A stretch of 64,000 nucleotides of DNA, taken from NCBI RefSeq assembly GCF_018350175.1, contig NC_058368.1:237648001-237712000 (forward strand). The letters run 5' to 3'. Every line of letters begins with the position of its first letter. The stretch's first letter is position 1. The notes beneath the pieces are model-generated. The model did not search any database and was not told the DNA's origin. It saw nothing but the letters and a program-made list of their open reading frames with translations. The DNA comes from Felis catus. Its lineage: Eukaryota. The translations under genes were made by a program, and so were the position numbers. Positions 12,320-25,084 of this stretch are shown here, piece after piece.

Positions 12320-12359
<40 letters not shown>

Positions 12360-12401
12360 CACATATGCACATGTGTGTGAGAGTGTCGGTGTGCGTCCAC
12401 A

Positions 12402-12436
<35 letters not shown>
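12320..12436. repeat. Interrupted (TG)n microsatellite
   Basis: Two perfect TG runs separated by a degenerate core. Confidence 0.95.
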
Positions 12437-12440
<4 letters not shown>

Positions 12441-13009
12441 ACAGGGCTTGAGGCAGGTAGGGGGCCCTCGTCACAATCATGAAGGGGGCACAGCGCACGC
12501 AGAGAGGCTGACGTTGGTACCACGAATGCTTCTGTCACTCACTAAACCCACTGGGTCTAGACTCCTCAGTGCACACGTCCCCAAAACAGTATGGCGGGAG
12601 GACCCTCTCTGCCCACTTGTAGGAAGATTCCTTTCTCCTTTCCATCCCTCCCCACCTGCTCACCACTAGGAGAGCCACCCTGTCCCTGTCTTTCCTGTGC
12701 CTCCTCAGTGGCCTTCCGGGCATTTCTGCCCTTTGGGGGCAAATTTCTAGGGACCACATGATCCCTGCACAGTGGGATGAAGAAATGAAGAAATGAAGAC
12801 ATTCAGTGGGTTCCCAGAAGTCCAACCCCAGCCTTGCGAGCCCAAAGCCTGAGGGCATCCAGCTTTGAGGGCACGTAGGCTTTGGTCCGTCCTGGGCGGT
12901 GGTGAATGCTTCAACAAGATAGTATCATGTTCGCCCCAGAAGGGACAGCTGGCACTGGGCACCTGAGCACATCAGGGATTTCCGCCTCGATCTCAGGATA
13001 TGTGTGTCC

Positions 13010-13582
13010 CCTGGTGGGCAAGATTCTCAACGCCCCCCTGCGACCCCTGCCCCTCCGTTTTGAGTACGTGTGGAACCTGCAGATGGGACAGAATGGTCTC
13101 ACGATGATACTACATTGTAAGGCAAAGGGACAACATCCTGGTGGGTCTGACCTGATCAGGTGAGCTGTCTGAAAGCAGAGTTTTCTCCGGGCAATGACAG
13201 AAAAGGAAGTCTAAGTAAGAGACGTGCCCCAAACGGCCTGGAGGAAAGTGAGCATCCGTGCTATGGACCACCTGCAGGTGCCACGCAGAGGGGACACGAG
13301 GGGGCTCCCAGGACCTCAGTGTGGCCCCAGATGATCACCAGCTACAACTGCAAGGAAACGAATCTTCCCAATGAAACGAGGTTGAACGAAGTCCCAGGCG
13401 CCGGCTGAGAACGGCAGCTTGGGAAGAGACACCGAGACTCAAGCCCACTGAGAACCCGAGTGGGGGTCGAGCCACATGGCTTCTGGACTTCAGGCCTCCA
13501 GAAACGGCCAGATGATAAATCAGTGCTGTTTTCGCCTCCTGAATGTGTGATCGTGTGTTACCCAGCAGTGCGTAACTAGCTC
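13010..13582 (+). mobile_element. MaLR solo LTR (MLT1E/F-like)
   Basis: 'gggtgggtctgacctgatcaggtgagc', 'ctacaactgcaaggaa' and 3' 'gataaatcagtgctgtttt...gttacccagcagtgcgtaacta' typical of MLT1 LTRs. Confidence 0.75.
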
Positions 13583-16500
13583 CCGTCTAAAGCTCTGGTT
13601 GTGGCCGGCACGCTGGAGATACCCCGACCAACCCGAGCTCGGATATTTTGCAAGCAAGACACGGTAAGTCTGTCTGGGGCTGTGTACCTTGAAGGTTGTC
13701 TTCAAACTCCCGTTTGCAAGTCTTGTGCAACAATCCTGAAACTCTGTCCCTGGCAGAATGAGTTTTCTGTTTGTTTTGGGAGGAGAGCCGAATAATCTGG
13801 AAGGCTCAGCATCGTGTTGCATCGTGTTGACATTTTTTCTAGTGACTCATTTCAAATTAAATGGAAATCCTGAAAGGATTAATGAGTTCATACGGATTTC
13901 GTGTTTGGAGACGGCCGGTAAGTAGGAGCAAAGAGGACAAAGATGGGAGTTATCCCGGGATCGCACAGGAGGCTAACAACTGCGCGTCGTTTTGCGCTTG
14001 AAACACGAGACTTGCTGAGACAATTACAGCGGAAGCATCGAAAGGCCTCTCCGGCTGTAATGGGTGAGCCTGAGGAAAGCGGGGCTAATGCGTCGCGGCC
14101 CGCAGGTCCCCGCGACGTTCCCTGTGGCAGCACTTGGCGTCTTCCACTCGCCGCTATTTTGCAAGAAGTCGTGAATGTGTCTATGGAGAGAAAGCGATCC
14201 CTCTGGTTTTTACGTATCACGTCTCTTGCAAGGGACTTCCTCCCGTCGCTTGCCACAATGAAATACGAACGGCTCATCTGGGAGCGTGTTACGCGACGAC
14301 TCGGCTTTTGGAAGTGTCCTTCCTAGTTGACATTTGACTCTCAGTCCCCCGGACATCAGCGCCGCCCCGAGGCTCCCGCGAGCGCCCCCGGCAGGTGCAG
14401 AGCAGGAGGGGAGGGCGCCTACATCGGAGAGCCCACCGCGTCTCCGCGGGGCTGCTCAGATGGGCCTGCCAGAGGAAAACGGACGCGCCGTGTGGTCCGA
14501 AGGGGACAGCGGAGGCCCGGACGCGGTCGCTCGCTTGGGTGAGAAAAGGAAACTCCGGCCTCCCTAATTAGATGGTGATTGGAAGGGAACCGGCGCTTGA
14601 GCGAAGCTCGGCGTCAGTGTCCGTCCCCAGCCCGTGGGGAAGGTCTGCTCGCTGGTCTGCCACGTGGGTGGGGGTGACGCCAAGGCCGTAATGCGCTTAA
14701 TCGGGTCCCCGTGACTTGCTGCTGGCAACACGCTCATTTCCTCTCGTGAGCTCATTGTCCTCCGGAGGCTTAGCTAAGCGTTTTAGTCAGCAGTTTTGGG
14801 GGCGGGGGGGTGCTGCACAGGAAGATTTCAACGCGTTCAACTTCTACACGCTTCCTGTGCCTGTCTGTCTTCGAAAGACACGTTCTGCCCGGGATCGAGG
14901 GTCTGCCACGCACTCTCTTCCTTGGCCAGGCACTTCTGAGCAAGCCACGCCTTTCCCAATTTCCATTCTAGTAACGTCCGCTCCCTCCCTCCATCTCCGA
15001 TGAGGGCTTCCACACCAGACATGGTTTCCAGTTCTTCCTGTTTATTAATTAGACTTCAATTTGTTCTCGGTGCCAATTTCCAAACCTCCCACGTTCTTTC
15101 CTCACCTTTTTCTCTTTCCATCAATCAGGTTTTCCCCAGATGTAATTAAACGCTTATAAAATGTGCAGAACATTGTGTGATGTGCTAAGAGGCCCAAGTG
15201 AAGGGAGGGAGCACTCCTATCAAATTAGGATATGGGGCACACCCACGAGCCCAACAGGGCTTTTGTAAACGGCTCGTCGACAGGAGAAAGGAACACGGCG
15301 CATCTGACTGCGACCTCAGTAAATTATCAACCACATGACACAGGAAATCTACAAACACTGACTTTCCAAGAGATATTTCCAGAAGTCTGAGAATCTCCCA
15401 AACACAATAGAGGAAGGTGGTAAGCAGAAATCGCTCCCATCAAGCCGCGGGGCAAACTCAGAAGACTGATCTCGTCTTTTAATCGGTTGATGTAAGCCAA
15501 TTTATGAAGAAAGGATTTCACAACCTCTGCCACTAAAGAGGCCGTGAGCCAACTGGCTGGTGTTGGAGGGGAGGGAAGCCGTGCCCGGGAGATGGGTCTG
15601 GGCACATCCTGACCGCCTAGGACTCATGCCCTGCACCCCAGAGACCGTTGGGCAACGGAGATCGGAGGTACGCTGCCTCCCCAGGGTCACCCGGAAATGT
15701 GCCGACCAGCTCCGCGGGGAAGCACAGATCATTACAGCCTTTTGTTTTCTTAGCTGCCAACGGGACTCCTCTTCTGTAAATAGCCGTGCCTGCTCCGAAC
15801 TCTTAGTTTGAGGAGAGCACAGGCCCAGGTCGGCCATGGAGGCAACTCCTTCACCCATTGTGAGCTAGAATTCTGTAATTGGTGAATTCTGAGCACGAAC
15901 GCGTGCCAATCTCAACAACTTATTCAAAATTTGGCGGGGGGGGGGGGAGTGGAAATAATCCATGCATGAATTGCGATAAATCTAGGAATTAAAGTATCAA
16001 ACCACAGTTTGAGACGCCACAGAGACTGAAAAGCGGCCTTACGATGTCACATTCGTGGAGACATCATTTGCTTATAATTACAACATCCTGTGTAGTAGAA
16101 ACGCTTCCTTTTTCTGCCTTTATTCCTCTTTTTTAAAGACTCCTCCTCAGGCCCCTCACGTGCGCACCTGTGCTTGTGCACGCAGACACGCGGGCCTGCC
16201 TCCTCCAGCACCTGACTTTGACCCGCCCCCGTCCACCTGGGCACCTCGGGCGCCACCCGTGGGGACCGTGCACCCCTGAGTCCGGCACAGCTGCCTGGTC
16301 CTGAGATGTCACGTGACCCCGGCCGGACCACGGAGAGCCTTCCTGGGAGCTTGACGTCGGGAATCAGCCGCGGACTCAGCAGCTGTGGGTGACACCCATT
16401 CTCTCCCAGGTGTCCTGGAAATCACGAATGGGGACTTTGCATGAGAGATTGTGACACACCCTTAGCTGCAGCGAGGTCAGGGGTGGAGGAGACACTGAGG

Positions 16501-18731
16501 GCCCCCCAGGGCCCCCCCCCCCGGCCCCGGCCGCAGTTTGGCCCTGTTCCAGATGTCAAAGGACACACAAATCTCCTCCCACAAATCCTTCTTTAACTCG
16601 GTCAGATTTCTCTCCCTTCTGTGCAGTGGGATCCTCACTAGAACCACAAAAGGAGATCCACCAGCGTGGTCAGTGAATATTTCCACCTAACGGGATCGGG
16701 GTGGCTTCTATTTCTGCTTCGTCCCCTCGCAGGAAGGCCTTCTTGAAGTTTTAATTTGCCGCATTCTTCCAGTTTCAGGAGACTTCGAGAAGAATAAAAT
16801 CAGAAGAACGAACGTCGTTTCTAAGGAAAAATAAAAGAGAGAGAGGAGCAGAGATTCCAAAGCTGTTGGGAAAATTAGCTGTGTAGTTTATATCTTATAA
16901 CATTCATTATTTTTATCATAATTATTTTCCTTCAAGTCACCAGACAAAACAATTAGTGTTACACGGGACAGATAGCATTTACCTGGGAATATATAATTGA
17001 ACAATTGCTTAGCATGTTTTCAAGCTTGAGGAGCCGTCTATGCTTAACAGGGGTTGTTACCTAATGAGACATTTACGGATAGAAGCAAGAAGCTGATGCT
17101 GTACGACCAAGCAACTTGAAAGAACATTCTGGAAAGTCTGTTGCTGAAAGAACAGTCCTGCAGCCAAACCTACTTCCGCTTCTTTTAGCGCTTGTGTACG
17201 TTTTCCAGGAGTCGGCTTGGCCCCAGGACGCAGCGGCCGCCTCCTCCGGGGAGCTCTCCAGGAGAGGCTGGTCTCCACGGAAGGACACAGTTGCCGTGTG
17301 AACTCGAAACGCAACCGGCTTACCTTCTCTTTGTCAGGTGTGTGTGCGTGTGGGGGAAGCGCGGTGCTCTGTGGATTCAGAGGTAAGAGTGCCATCTACT
17401 GAATTAAAGACTTCATTTCCGGCAGCCCCGGAGCCAATCCCGAGAGCCTGCTCCCCGGGAGCCCCAGCTGGGAGGACGCAGGGGTGTGTGGCCGAGGGCG
17501 GAGGACAGATGCAGGGCAGCCCGAGGCGAGGGCGAAGGCCAGCCACACGGCGCTTGCAGCAGGAAGGAGCGCTCTCGAGCACAGAGTGCCGATTGCCGGT
17601 TCCAAAGACGACTTCTGCGGCTGATCTGAGAAGATGTACAGACCCAGAGTCGCCGAGGGTCCCCTGGGAGAGGCCTGTGTGCAGCGGGGCGTGGGGAGCG
17701 CTTTTATGGGCTCGTGTGTCCAGGACAGGACGGGCGTGGAGGGACGCACATGGTTCAGAAGGGAGGGGGACGTCTTCGCAGCACTCGGGCCACGGGTCCG
17801 GCCGGGTGGTGCTCGCCTGGGACCGGGCAGGACCACACCCACGACGGGGGTTCCGGCTCCGCCCAGGGCGAGTGTGCGGCTGTGGGGCGGGGGGGGGGGG
17901 GCGGGGTAACCACCTTCCCTCACTGTCGCCGTGAGCTTGTGTCACCGGTGATGAGAGCGTGCCGTTCACCTGGCCCACATCACGATGGCGGGGCTGAATT
18001 TGCTAAAGTTTCAAAGAGCCTTGAAGACGCTGAGTGTTGCTATCGTAACTGCTACACAAAGTTCCCGGAGGAGCATCAGCGAAGCCTCGACTCGGTTTCT
18101 TTCACTTTCATTTCTGTTGTGGAAGACTCACCTTCCTACTCGTGTCCGTACAGCTACCTAAAACTTTAACCAGAAGGGCCCCGGGCGCACACCACGGGCC
18201 GAGGCCCGTGTGGCACTCTTGCGGGACTTCGGACTGCTGTCCGCTGTATGTCCACACCCGGAGGGGCCTGGAGGGTCGCAGAGGGAACACAACCACCTGT
18301 TCTAAACTGCTTTGGTTTTCCGGGGAGTTAGGGTTGAGTTAATAGGATAGAGAAAGTTGGACCGAAATTGGACATGTGATAGTGGAGGGATAGCCCAAAA
18401 TCCCAAGCGGAAAACCCCTGCTCTGGAATCTGTTCAGAAGACTTGGAGGCCCAGTGCTCACCTGTCCTGGGGAGGGCGACTGCACAGAGACTCCCCTGCT
18501 CACGGTTTGCGGTGTTTCCTTCCCTGGTAAAGCCCTAGGAGGGAGGCGTTCCCTCCTGCTTCCCTCGGTCGTTAGCGGCTGGATGAACACCGATCAAGGT
18601 GCTGAGGGTGTCTGCAGCCCCCCTCCCCCCAGTACAAGGGTCCCCGGGGGTCGTGGGGGACAGAACTTCCCTGCTGTATGGCCATCAAGTCACTTATAAG
18701 CACCTCCTAATTCCAGAGGCGGCTCCCTTGT

Positions 18732-19240
18732 TCATTCATACACTCACTCACTCAACATGTGATTGGTGAGTTGCCAGTCAGCCAGTGGGTAGTCCCCAGA
18801 CCATGTGAGGAGCCCTGGTCCTACCAGAGCTGGCATTACGGCTGAGACACAGACCCTTTAGGACTGGTAAGAAATTAATGTCATTAATTAATGACAAGTA
18901 CAGCAACTTTCCATAAAAGAGAAGGATGGGGTATTTTGAAAGCATAAACCAGGGTAACATGGCCTAGCGTGGGGTTGGGAAATCTTCCTGGAGGCAAGCC
19001 GAACGTTATGGGGAAGGATATGTGGTTCCAGGCAGAGGGGGCAGTTTGTGCAAAGGCCCTGAGGTCATAAGGAAAACATGTGCTCCAGAACCCACAGAGC
19101 TGCGAGTGAACCCGCCCAGACAGAAGGCATGAGGCGAGGCTGGGGTGGAGCCAGGGGCAGGTAAGTAAGAGCCCTACCGTTCAGGGTAAAGATTGTTCAT
19201 CCAACCAGCAAAGCTGTCAGGACGAGCTTTTAAAGCGGAG
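18732..19240 (-). mobile_element. L2 3' fragment
   Basis: cattcatacactcactcactcaaca terminus and 'ttccaggcagagggggcagtttgtgcaaaggccctgagg', a typical L2 motif. Confidence 0.75.
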
Positions 19241-21540
19241 TCACGGGGTCAAACGCGTGTCCGGAGGGCCGCAGACACAGCGTAAGAGGAGTAAGGACAC
19301 TGCAGAAGGGGCTTGGTGTATTGCGGCTGCACAGGAGAACTGGGGCACCTTACACGGGTGAACTGGCCGGGGCTGTTCCATGCCTGGAAGAGGACTGCGC
19401 TCGGGAGGGGACGCAGGAGGCGCGGGGGCGGGAGGCTTGTCCCCCTGCAGCTCTGTCCGAAAGTCGCGTTTCTTCCCCAGGGACACAGGCAGCCCTGGCC
19501 TCGTGCGCAGCCGGGCGACACCCAGGTCCCTGCGGGGAGTGAGTGTGCAAACTTGTCGTCCTCCACTGCCCTCCCACGCACGAGTTTGTTTGGGATCGAA
19601 GCAGCTCATCTCCCTGGGGTCAGAAAAGACCCCGTGCCCGACACTACGTCCCCCGCACCCAGGCTGCTGTGCCGGGCCCCCCTGCCTCCCTTCCCTCGGC
19701 TGCCTGGGGTGCCCCAAGACGCGGGGCCGCCACAGTGGGCCGCCTCCAGTCTCTGGGGGAGCGCGTGCGCGTGCACCGGGCCTGGGAGCGTGCGCGAGCG
19801 CGTGTGGGAGCGTGCGTGCACGTGCATGGGAGCGTGGGCGTGTTGTGCGTGCACGCCCGTGGACGTGGGGGTCTCCAGCCTGCAGCTCTGCGGGGGCTCC
19901 CTGCTCACTGCACCGGCTGGTGGCGCCGGGGCTCGGGGACCGACCCCTGCGCTTGCTCGCACCCCTGCCCCGCGGAGCCTGGGCCGCGACTAGATTCCTC
20001 TAGACTCGTTGCCGGGTCAGAGACGGGCTCTTTGACTTTGGTACTTTGTTTACGGGATGTTTGTCCACCCGGAAGACTTTGGGTTGTTCCCGGTTCCAGC
20101 ATCAGATGCGGCCATCTTTTCGCCTGAACTTCTGGGGTGCGTATCTCGCCAAGAAACCCTCATTCAGACTTACTAAAATAAGCTTTACGTTTTCTCCATC
20201 TAATTCCGTGTGTCTTTGCGGTACGTGTAGAGTTTAATCGAGGTGTGATGTTGCTTTTATTTTCAGAGGGAGGCGGCGTAAGAGCTCCCCGCTTCCGCTG
20301 GTGACCGTAACCCGCCTTTGTTTGCTGGTGTTTGGGCCGATTTACACGCTCTTGGACTCAGCAAACACTTAGGGACCACAGCCAGGCCCTGCAGCTGGGG
20401 ACCTGGTGGCGGAGTCCCTGCCCTCCAGGAGCCTGAGGTCTGTTCCGAGGACAAAAGGACAAAATGAAGATGTCATCAGACGGGTGGAGACCCGTGCTAA
20501 GAGCCAAGGGAAACCCCGTATCACAGAGAAGGGAGCGGGTGCTTTGACGTCTCAGCGGGGCGTCGAGCTGGCACTGGGGTTAGCGACCGCTGACCGCCGA
20601 GCACCCCTCCTCCCTGTGCAGCCCCCCACTCCTTCCCGGTCCCTTTGTCCCGAAGCTGACGTGCCTCTGCAGGGCCCCACCACGTCTGTGCTCCTCGGGG
20701 CCAGGGGTCCAGCTCTGGGGAACCTCCTCCTTGCCGCTTTGTGCTGGGAGTTTACTCGTGTCCCCTGGTTTCCCAAGCGGGGTGTGTGTGTGATTCAGTG
20801 CTTTCCAGCAGGATTACTTCCGTCCCCATCCCCTCTACCCCACGGGCCTGCATGTTCCTGAGGACGGGGATGCAGCCAGGCAAGGTGGATTTTCGGCATC
20901 ACAGAGGGTAGGTCGGAAGTTTAACTCCCCTCCCCTCCCCCTGCAAAGTGTGTGTCTCCCGGAGGAAAGGCAGCTGGATGTGAGGAGGGAGTTAAACGGT
21001 GACTTCAGAACCCATATGCTTTTTAAGGCTTTATTTGTATGCATCTGTCTGTCCGTCCATCCCTCCCTCCCTCCATCCAGCCAACAAGCGAGCACATCAG
21101 CCACGGTGAGCTCAACCTAATGGGCCAGCCGGAGATGCAAATTGCAGCTACTGCAAGGCCGTGAAGTGCTCCACTGAGGTGTCCACAGGCGTGCGGAACC
21201 CCTGGAGGGCCTCTCAGAACAGACCAGGGTTTGGAGAAGCTTCCGGAAGCTTCCAGGAGCACTCAGGGCTGGCTGGGGTCTCTGCTCTTTGGGTGTCTGG
21301 CATTTGAGTGACCAGAGTTCCCGTACGAGCACATCCTGTGACATCGCTGGTTCCCCGGTGCCCCGGCCACCGTCCGAGGCTCGGCGCTGGGCTGGTGCAG
21401 ATGTCCGGGGCCTGGCCGGTCCTGCCCGTGGATGGAGGCCGCCACCACCTGTGCTCCGGCCGGGTCAGGGCCCAAGTTCTCTGTAAGCTGGATGGTGGCA
21501 GAGGCCTCGTCGTAAAGCCACGAGTGGGTTTTGCTTTGCT

Positions 21541-21766
21541 TTTTTTTTTTTTAATTTTTTTTTAATGTTTATTTATTTTTGAGACAGAGAGAGACAGAGC
21601 ATGAACAGGGGAGGGGCAGAGAGAGAGGGAGACACAGAATCGGAAGCAGGCTCCAGGCTCTGAGCCATCAGCCCAGAGCCCGACGCGGGGCTCGAACCCA
21701 CGGACCGCGAGATCGTGACCTGAGCTGAAGTCGGACGCCTAACCGACTGAACCACCCAGGCACCCC
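21541..21766 (-). mobile_element. Can-SINE
   Basis: Full body ending accacccaggcacccc, T-tail, short ttgcttt TSD. Confidence 0.97.
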
Positions 21767-22475
21767 TTGCTTTTCTTGTTTCTTGTGCGAGGGGGAAGCT
21801 TTGCCCTCCTTCCGTCTCCCCAGCCCCCTTGGGAGGTGTCTCGAAGGCCCCTGTGGCTGTTTGAGTACAAGGGAGACAACGGCAGGGAAAGAAGACCAGG
21901 CCTTCCCTCCCCTGTTGCAGGTCCCGCGCCTCACCCCTCCCTCGCCATCCCGGCACGCTCCCGGTGGGGGGAGCAGACGACCCCGGGTGCCCGCTAGGAC
22001 CTTGGCTGTGTCTCTCCACTCGCCCCAGGACGCCCTGGTCAGGATTTGGGGGTGGTGCTGACAGAGCACGCTCACCGGAGCCAGGGGAGCCTGGCGATTG
22101 GATGAGACCCGTGAGGCTGCAGATGTCGCAGCGGCGTGGCCTGTGGCCTGCCCGGTGCACCAGCCCCTCGGGTCCCGGCTCTCCGGGGCCCGTGAAAGGC
22201 CAGCGGCCACACCCGGCTCCCCGGCCCCACCCGTGCGTCCTCAGCCTCTGCGAGGCTCTCGCTGCCCTCGGCGACGCATGGGGCGTTTGGTCTCCCACCT
22301 GGGGCAGGTCCACAGCCCTGCCGGGGCGCGTGGCCCGGGAATGGCTCCGGGAGAAGGAACTACGCGTCCAGAGCTTCCCCGTCAGCACAGGATCCCCGAG
22401 TCAGGGCGCCTGACTTAAAGCACGGGCAGAGAAATTGTAGAACTGTAAATGTGAGTTTTCACATGTCTTAGAAGC

Positions 22476-22673
22476 TTTTTAATGTTTATTTATTTTTGAG
22501 AGAGAGAGCACAAGCAGGGGAGGGGCAGAGAGAGAGGGAAACCCAGAATCCGAAGCAGGCTCCAGGCTCCGAGCTGTCGGCACAGAGCCTGATGTGGGGC
22601 TCGAACTCGGACCGTGAGATCATGACCGGAGCCGAAGTCGGACGCTCGACCGACGGAGCCCCCCAGGCGCCCC
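22476..22673 (-). mobile_element. Can-SINE
   Basis: Ends in ccaggcgcccc; T-rich tail; partial TSD tgtctta. Confidence 0.95.
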
Positions 22674-23259
22674 TTCCCTCCGTGTCTTAAACATTCGAGG
22701 AGAGTTGACAAGATATGGCCTGCAGCCAAGAGAGTCCTTTCTGTGAGAGCTGGGCCTCCAGGCGCGCAGACACGGGGCCCAGGCCCAGGGGCGGGGGCAC
22801 CGAGGCAGAGGGGAGGCCCCTGCTGAGTGGCTCTGGACCGCGCATGCTGGCGTGCGGCGGCCACGGGGGAGAACACAGAAGTCAGATTCTGCAACGTCAG
22901 ATTCCCAGGCATGGCCAGGGCCCCTCCGCGAAAGGCAGCCTCCTCTGCGGGCCGTAGGCTGAGGCCACCATCACTGGAGTGACTTTGGGGCATCGGGACC
23001 CGGTTCACGGCCCAGCTGCTGCAGCTGCGCCCGCCCCTTCGTGCCACTTTTGGGGGTTGCCCGAGTGGATCCTGTGGCTCGGTGTTGGAACGTGTCAGCC
23101 CGACAGGGGGATGGCGGTCCTCAGACCTCAGCCGCCGGCCGGTGAATTTCCAGGCCTGGCCGGTTCCCCCGTCAGCCGGAGGGTCCGGGGCTGCGGTGCG
23201 CCCGTGCTGGGTGGCGCATCTGTGCACGCCGGCCGCCTCGGGAAACGCTCCCGGCTGAT

Positions 23260-23563
23260 TGGATTACACACAGGACTGTCGGCTCACGGTTCTGGAAGCC
23301 GGAAGTCTAAAACCAGGTGTGGGCAGGGCTGGTCCCGGTGAGGCGTCCCTCCTTGGCGTGGAGGCACCCCTTTCTCCCCGTGCCGTCACATGGGCGTCCC
23401 TATCTGTCTCACCTCCTCTTCTTGTGAGGACAGGAGCCCTGCGGGATTACGGCCGATCCCAACGAGTTCACTTCTTTAACAGGTCCTGTGTCCAAACACC
23501 ATCACATTCGGAGTCCTGGGGGGCTTCGACATAGGAATTTGGGGGACACAGCTGAGCCCACAG
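23260..23563 (-). mobile_element. MaLR LTR (MLT1A/B-like)
   Basis: 'ctcacggttctggaagccggaagtctaaaaccaggtgtgggcagggctgg' and terminus 'gaatttgggggacacagctgagcccacagc'. Confidence 0.75.
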
Positions 23564-25084
23564 CCCCCGGGAGGCCGCCATGGAGGAGAGGGCAGCAAAG
23601 TGACGTGAGACAAGCTGTAATTTTATCATCCGTTAGCAGCAGTATGTGACAGATCCTAAGTCACTCCTCCAGGTAAGGCATCTGAATAAGAAATACAGAT
23701 AATTTTTTGCATCACCAAACTCTCATTACATTTTCTTTCATGTTTTATTGCGAAGTTCTTTTTTGCACGGTGATATTCTGATTTAAGGACAGTGAGCGAT
23801 GTTGCAGCCAAGGAGCTATCCAAACTGTGATAAACAGGGGGGCTAATAGTTTCCTTCCCAAATTATTTAGGTGATAACTGATGTGTGCCTTTTATAGGTC
23901 ACTGAATCTTCCCCCACGTGAAGGCTCGCGAGGAAATAGGGTTTTGAAGTATTTGAAATGGTCAAACTTTCATCCTTGGTAAAATATGAGGGTCATTTCA
24001 AACTTTCCAGAAGCAAATACGTGCTCTTGTCTTTGATTCAGTGGCTCAGTAGCCTATAAAAATATGCAAATCAGTTATGAGCCAAATAATTTGGTAAGTA
24101 CATTATTAACTAATAAAACATCTTTCCTCCTGATAATCTACCTACTGTCTGGAACAACTTATCACCGAGAAGCAAAATAAATGCTCAGTGTTGCAAAAAG
24201 AGATAAAAATCGTGGAGACATGTACACAAAACTATCTAGGAAAATGTCGGCTGTGTGGAAGATTAAGTAGAATGAAACGCAAATATTGGAAAGAGCATAC
24301 GTCCGCGTATAACAAGTCTCTGCAGCCGACCGGCTTCTCTGCTGACGTTCTTTGGGGAGTTGGCTGGTGAGCGTAATTAGCTCATCTTTAGAAACTTGTC
24401 GCCAGTCAGCTTGCAAACAAAAATGTACATCCTGCTGGTGGAGAGTTACCTCGTTTCGGGGGAGGGAAGTCCGAACACTGAACATTCTCGGAGTCTCCTT
24501 TTCTCCTGAAATGTGGAGAATGTGCGGCCACGAACATGCGGACAGCTAGCTGCCGCGTGGGCCTGGGCCTCAGGGCTGGGCGGGAAGGGTCTTCCTGCAG
24601 GGTCGGGGTGGGCCCTTTCCTAAGCTCCGGGGCAGCTGGGCTCTGAGGGGAGCCCCCCACCCAGGAAAAGGGCAGAGGCAGGAGGCAGAGGGTCTCTGCT
24701 CAGCGGTCCTGTCTCGGTTTGCACTTACAGAGATTCCCAGGTGGGATTTGCACCAACAAGTGACTTAACTTCTCTTAGAGGGAAACAAGAGAGTCACATT
24801 AAAGATGCTTGGGGCATTTTGATGTGACATACGACGTGTCCTGTTTTCTATATACAACATTCATTACCGTTAAATGTTGCTGATTGCTAATTGATTTTCC
24901 CCCTAAATTATTATTTCTGAAGGGGGAGGAAGTCCCCAGAGCTCCCATCCCCACAGGATTTCCCCCACCGGTCGCCGCGGCCATACTGTCCTGGAACCAC
25001 CTCAACAGCATCCGTCCAGCCCCGCAGCCCCGCAGTGTCTCTAATCCCTCCCCCAGCTGGCGGCTAGAGTGAGTTTTTAAAGTC

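Noticed and set aside
16321..16342. REST/RE1-like ggaccacggagagc
   Set aside because: Mismatches in both halves; too weak to call
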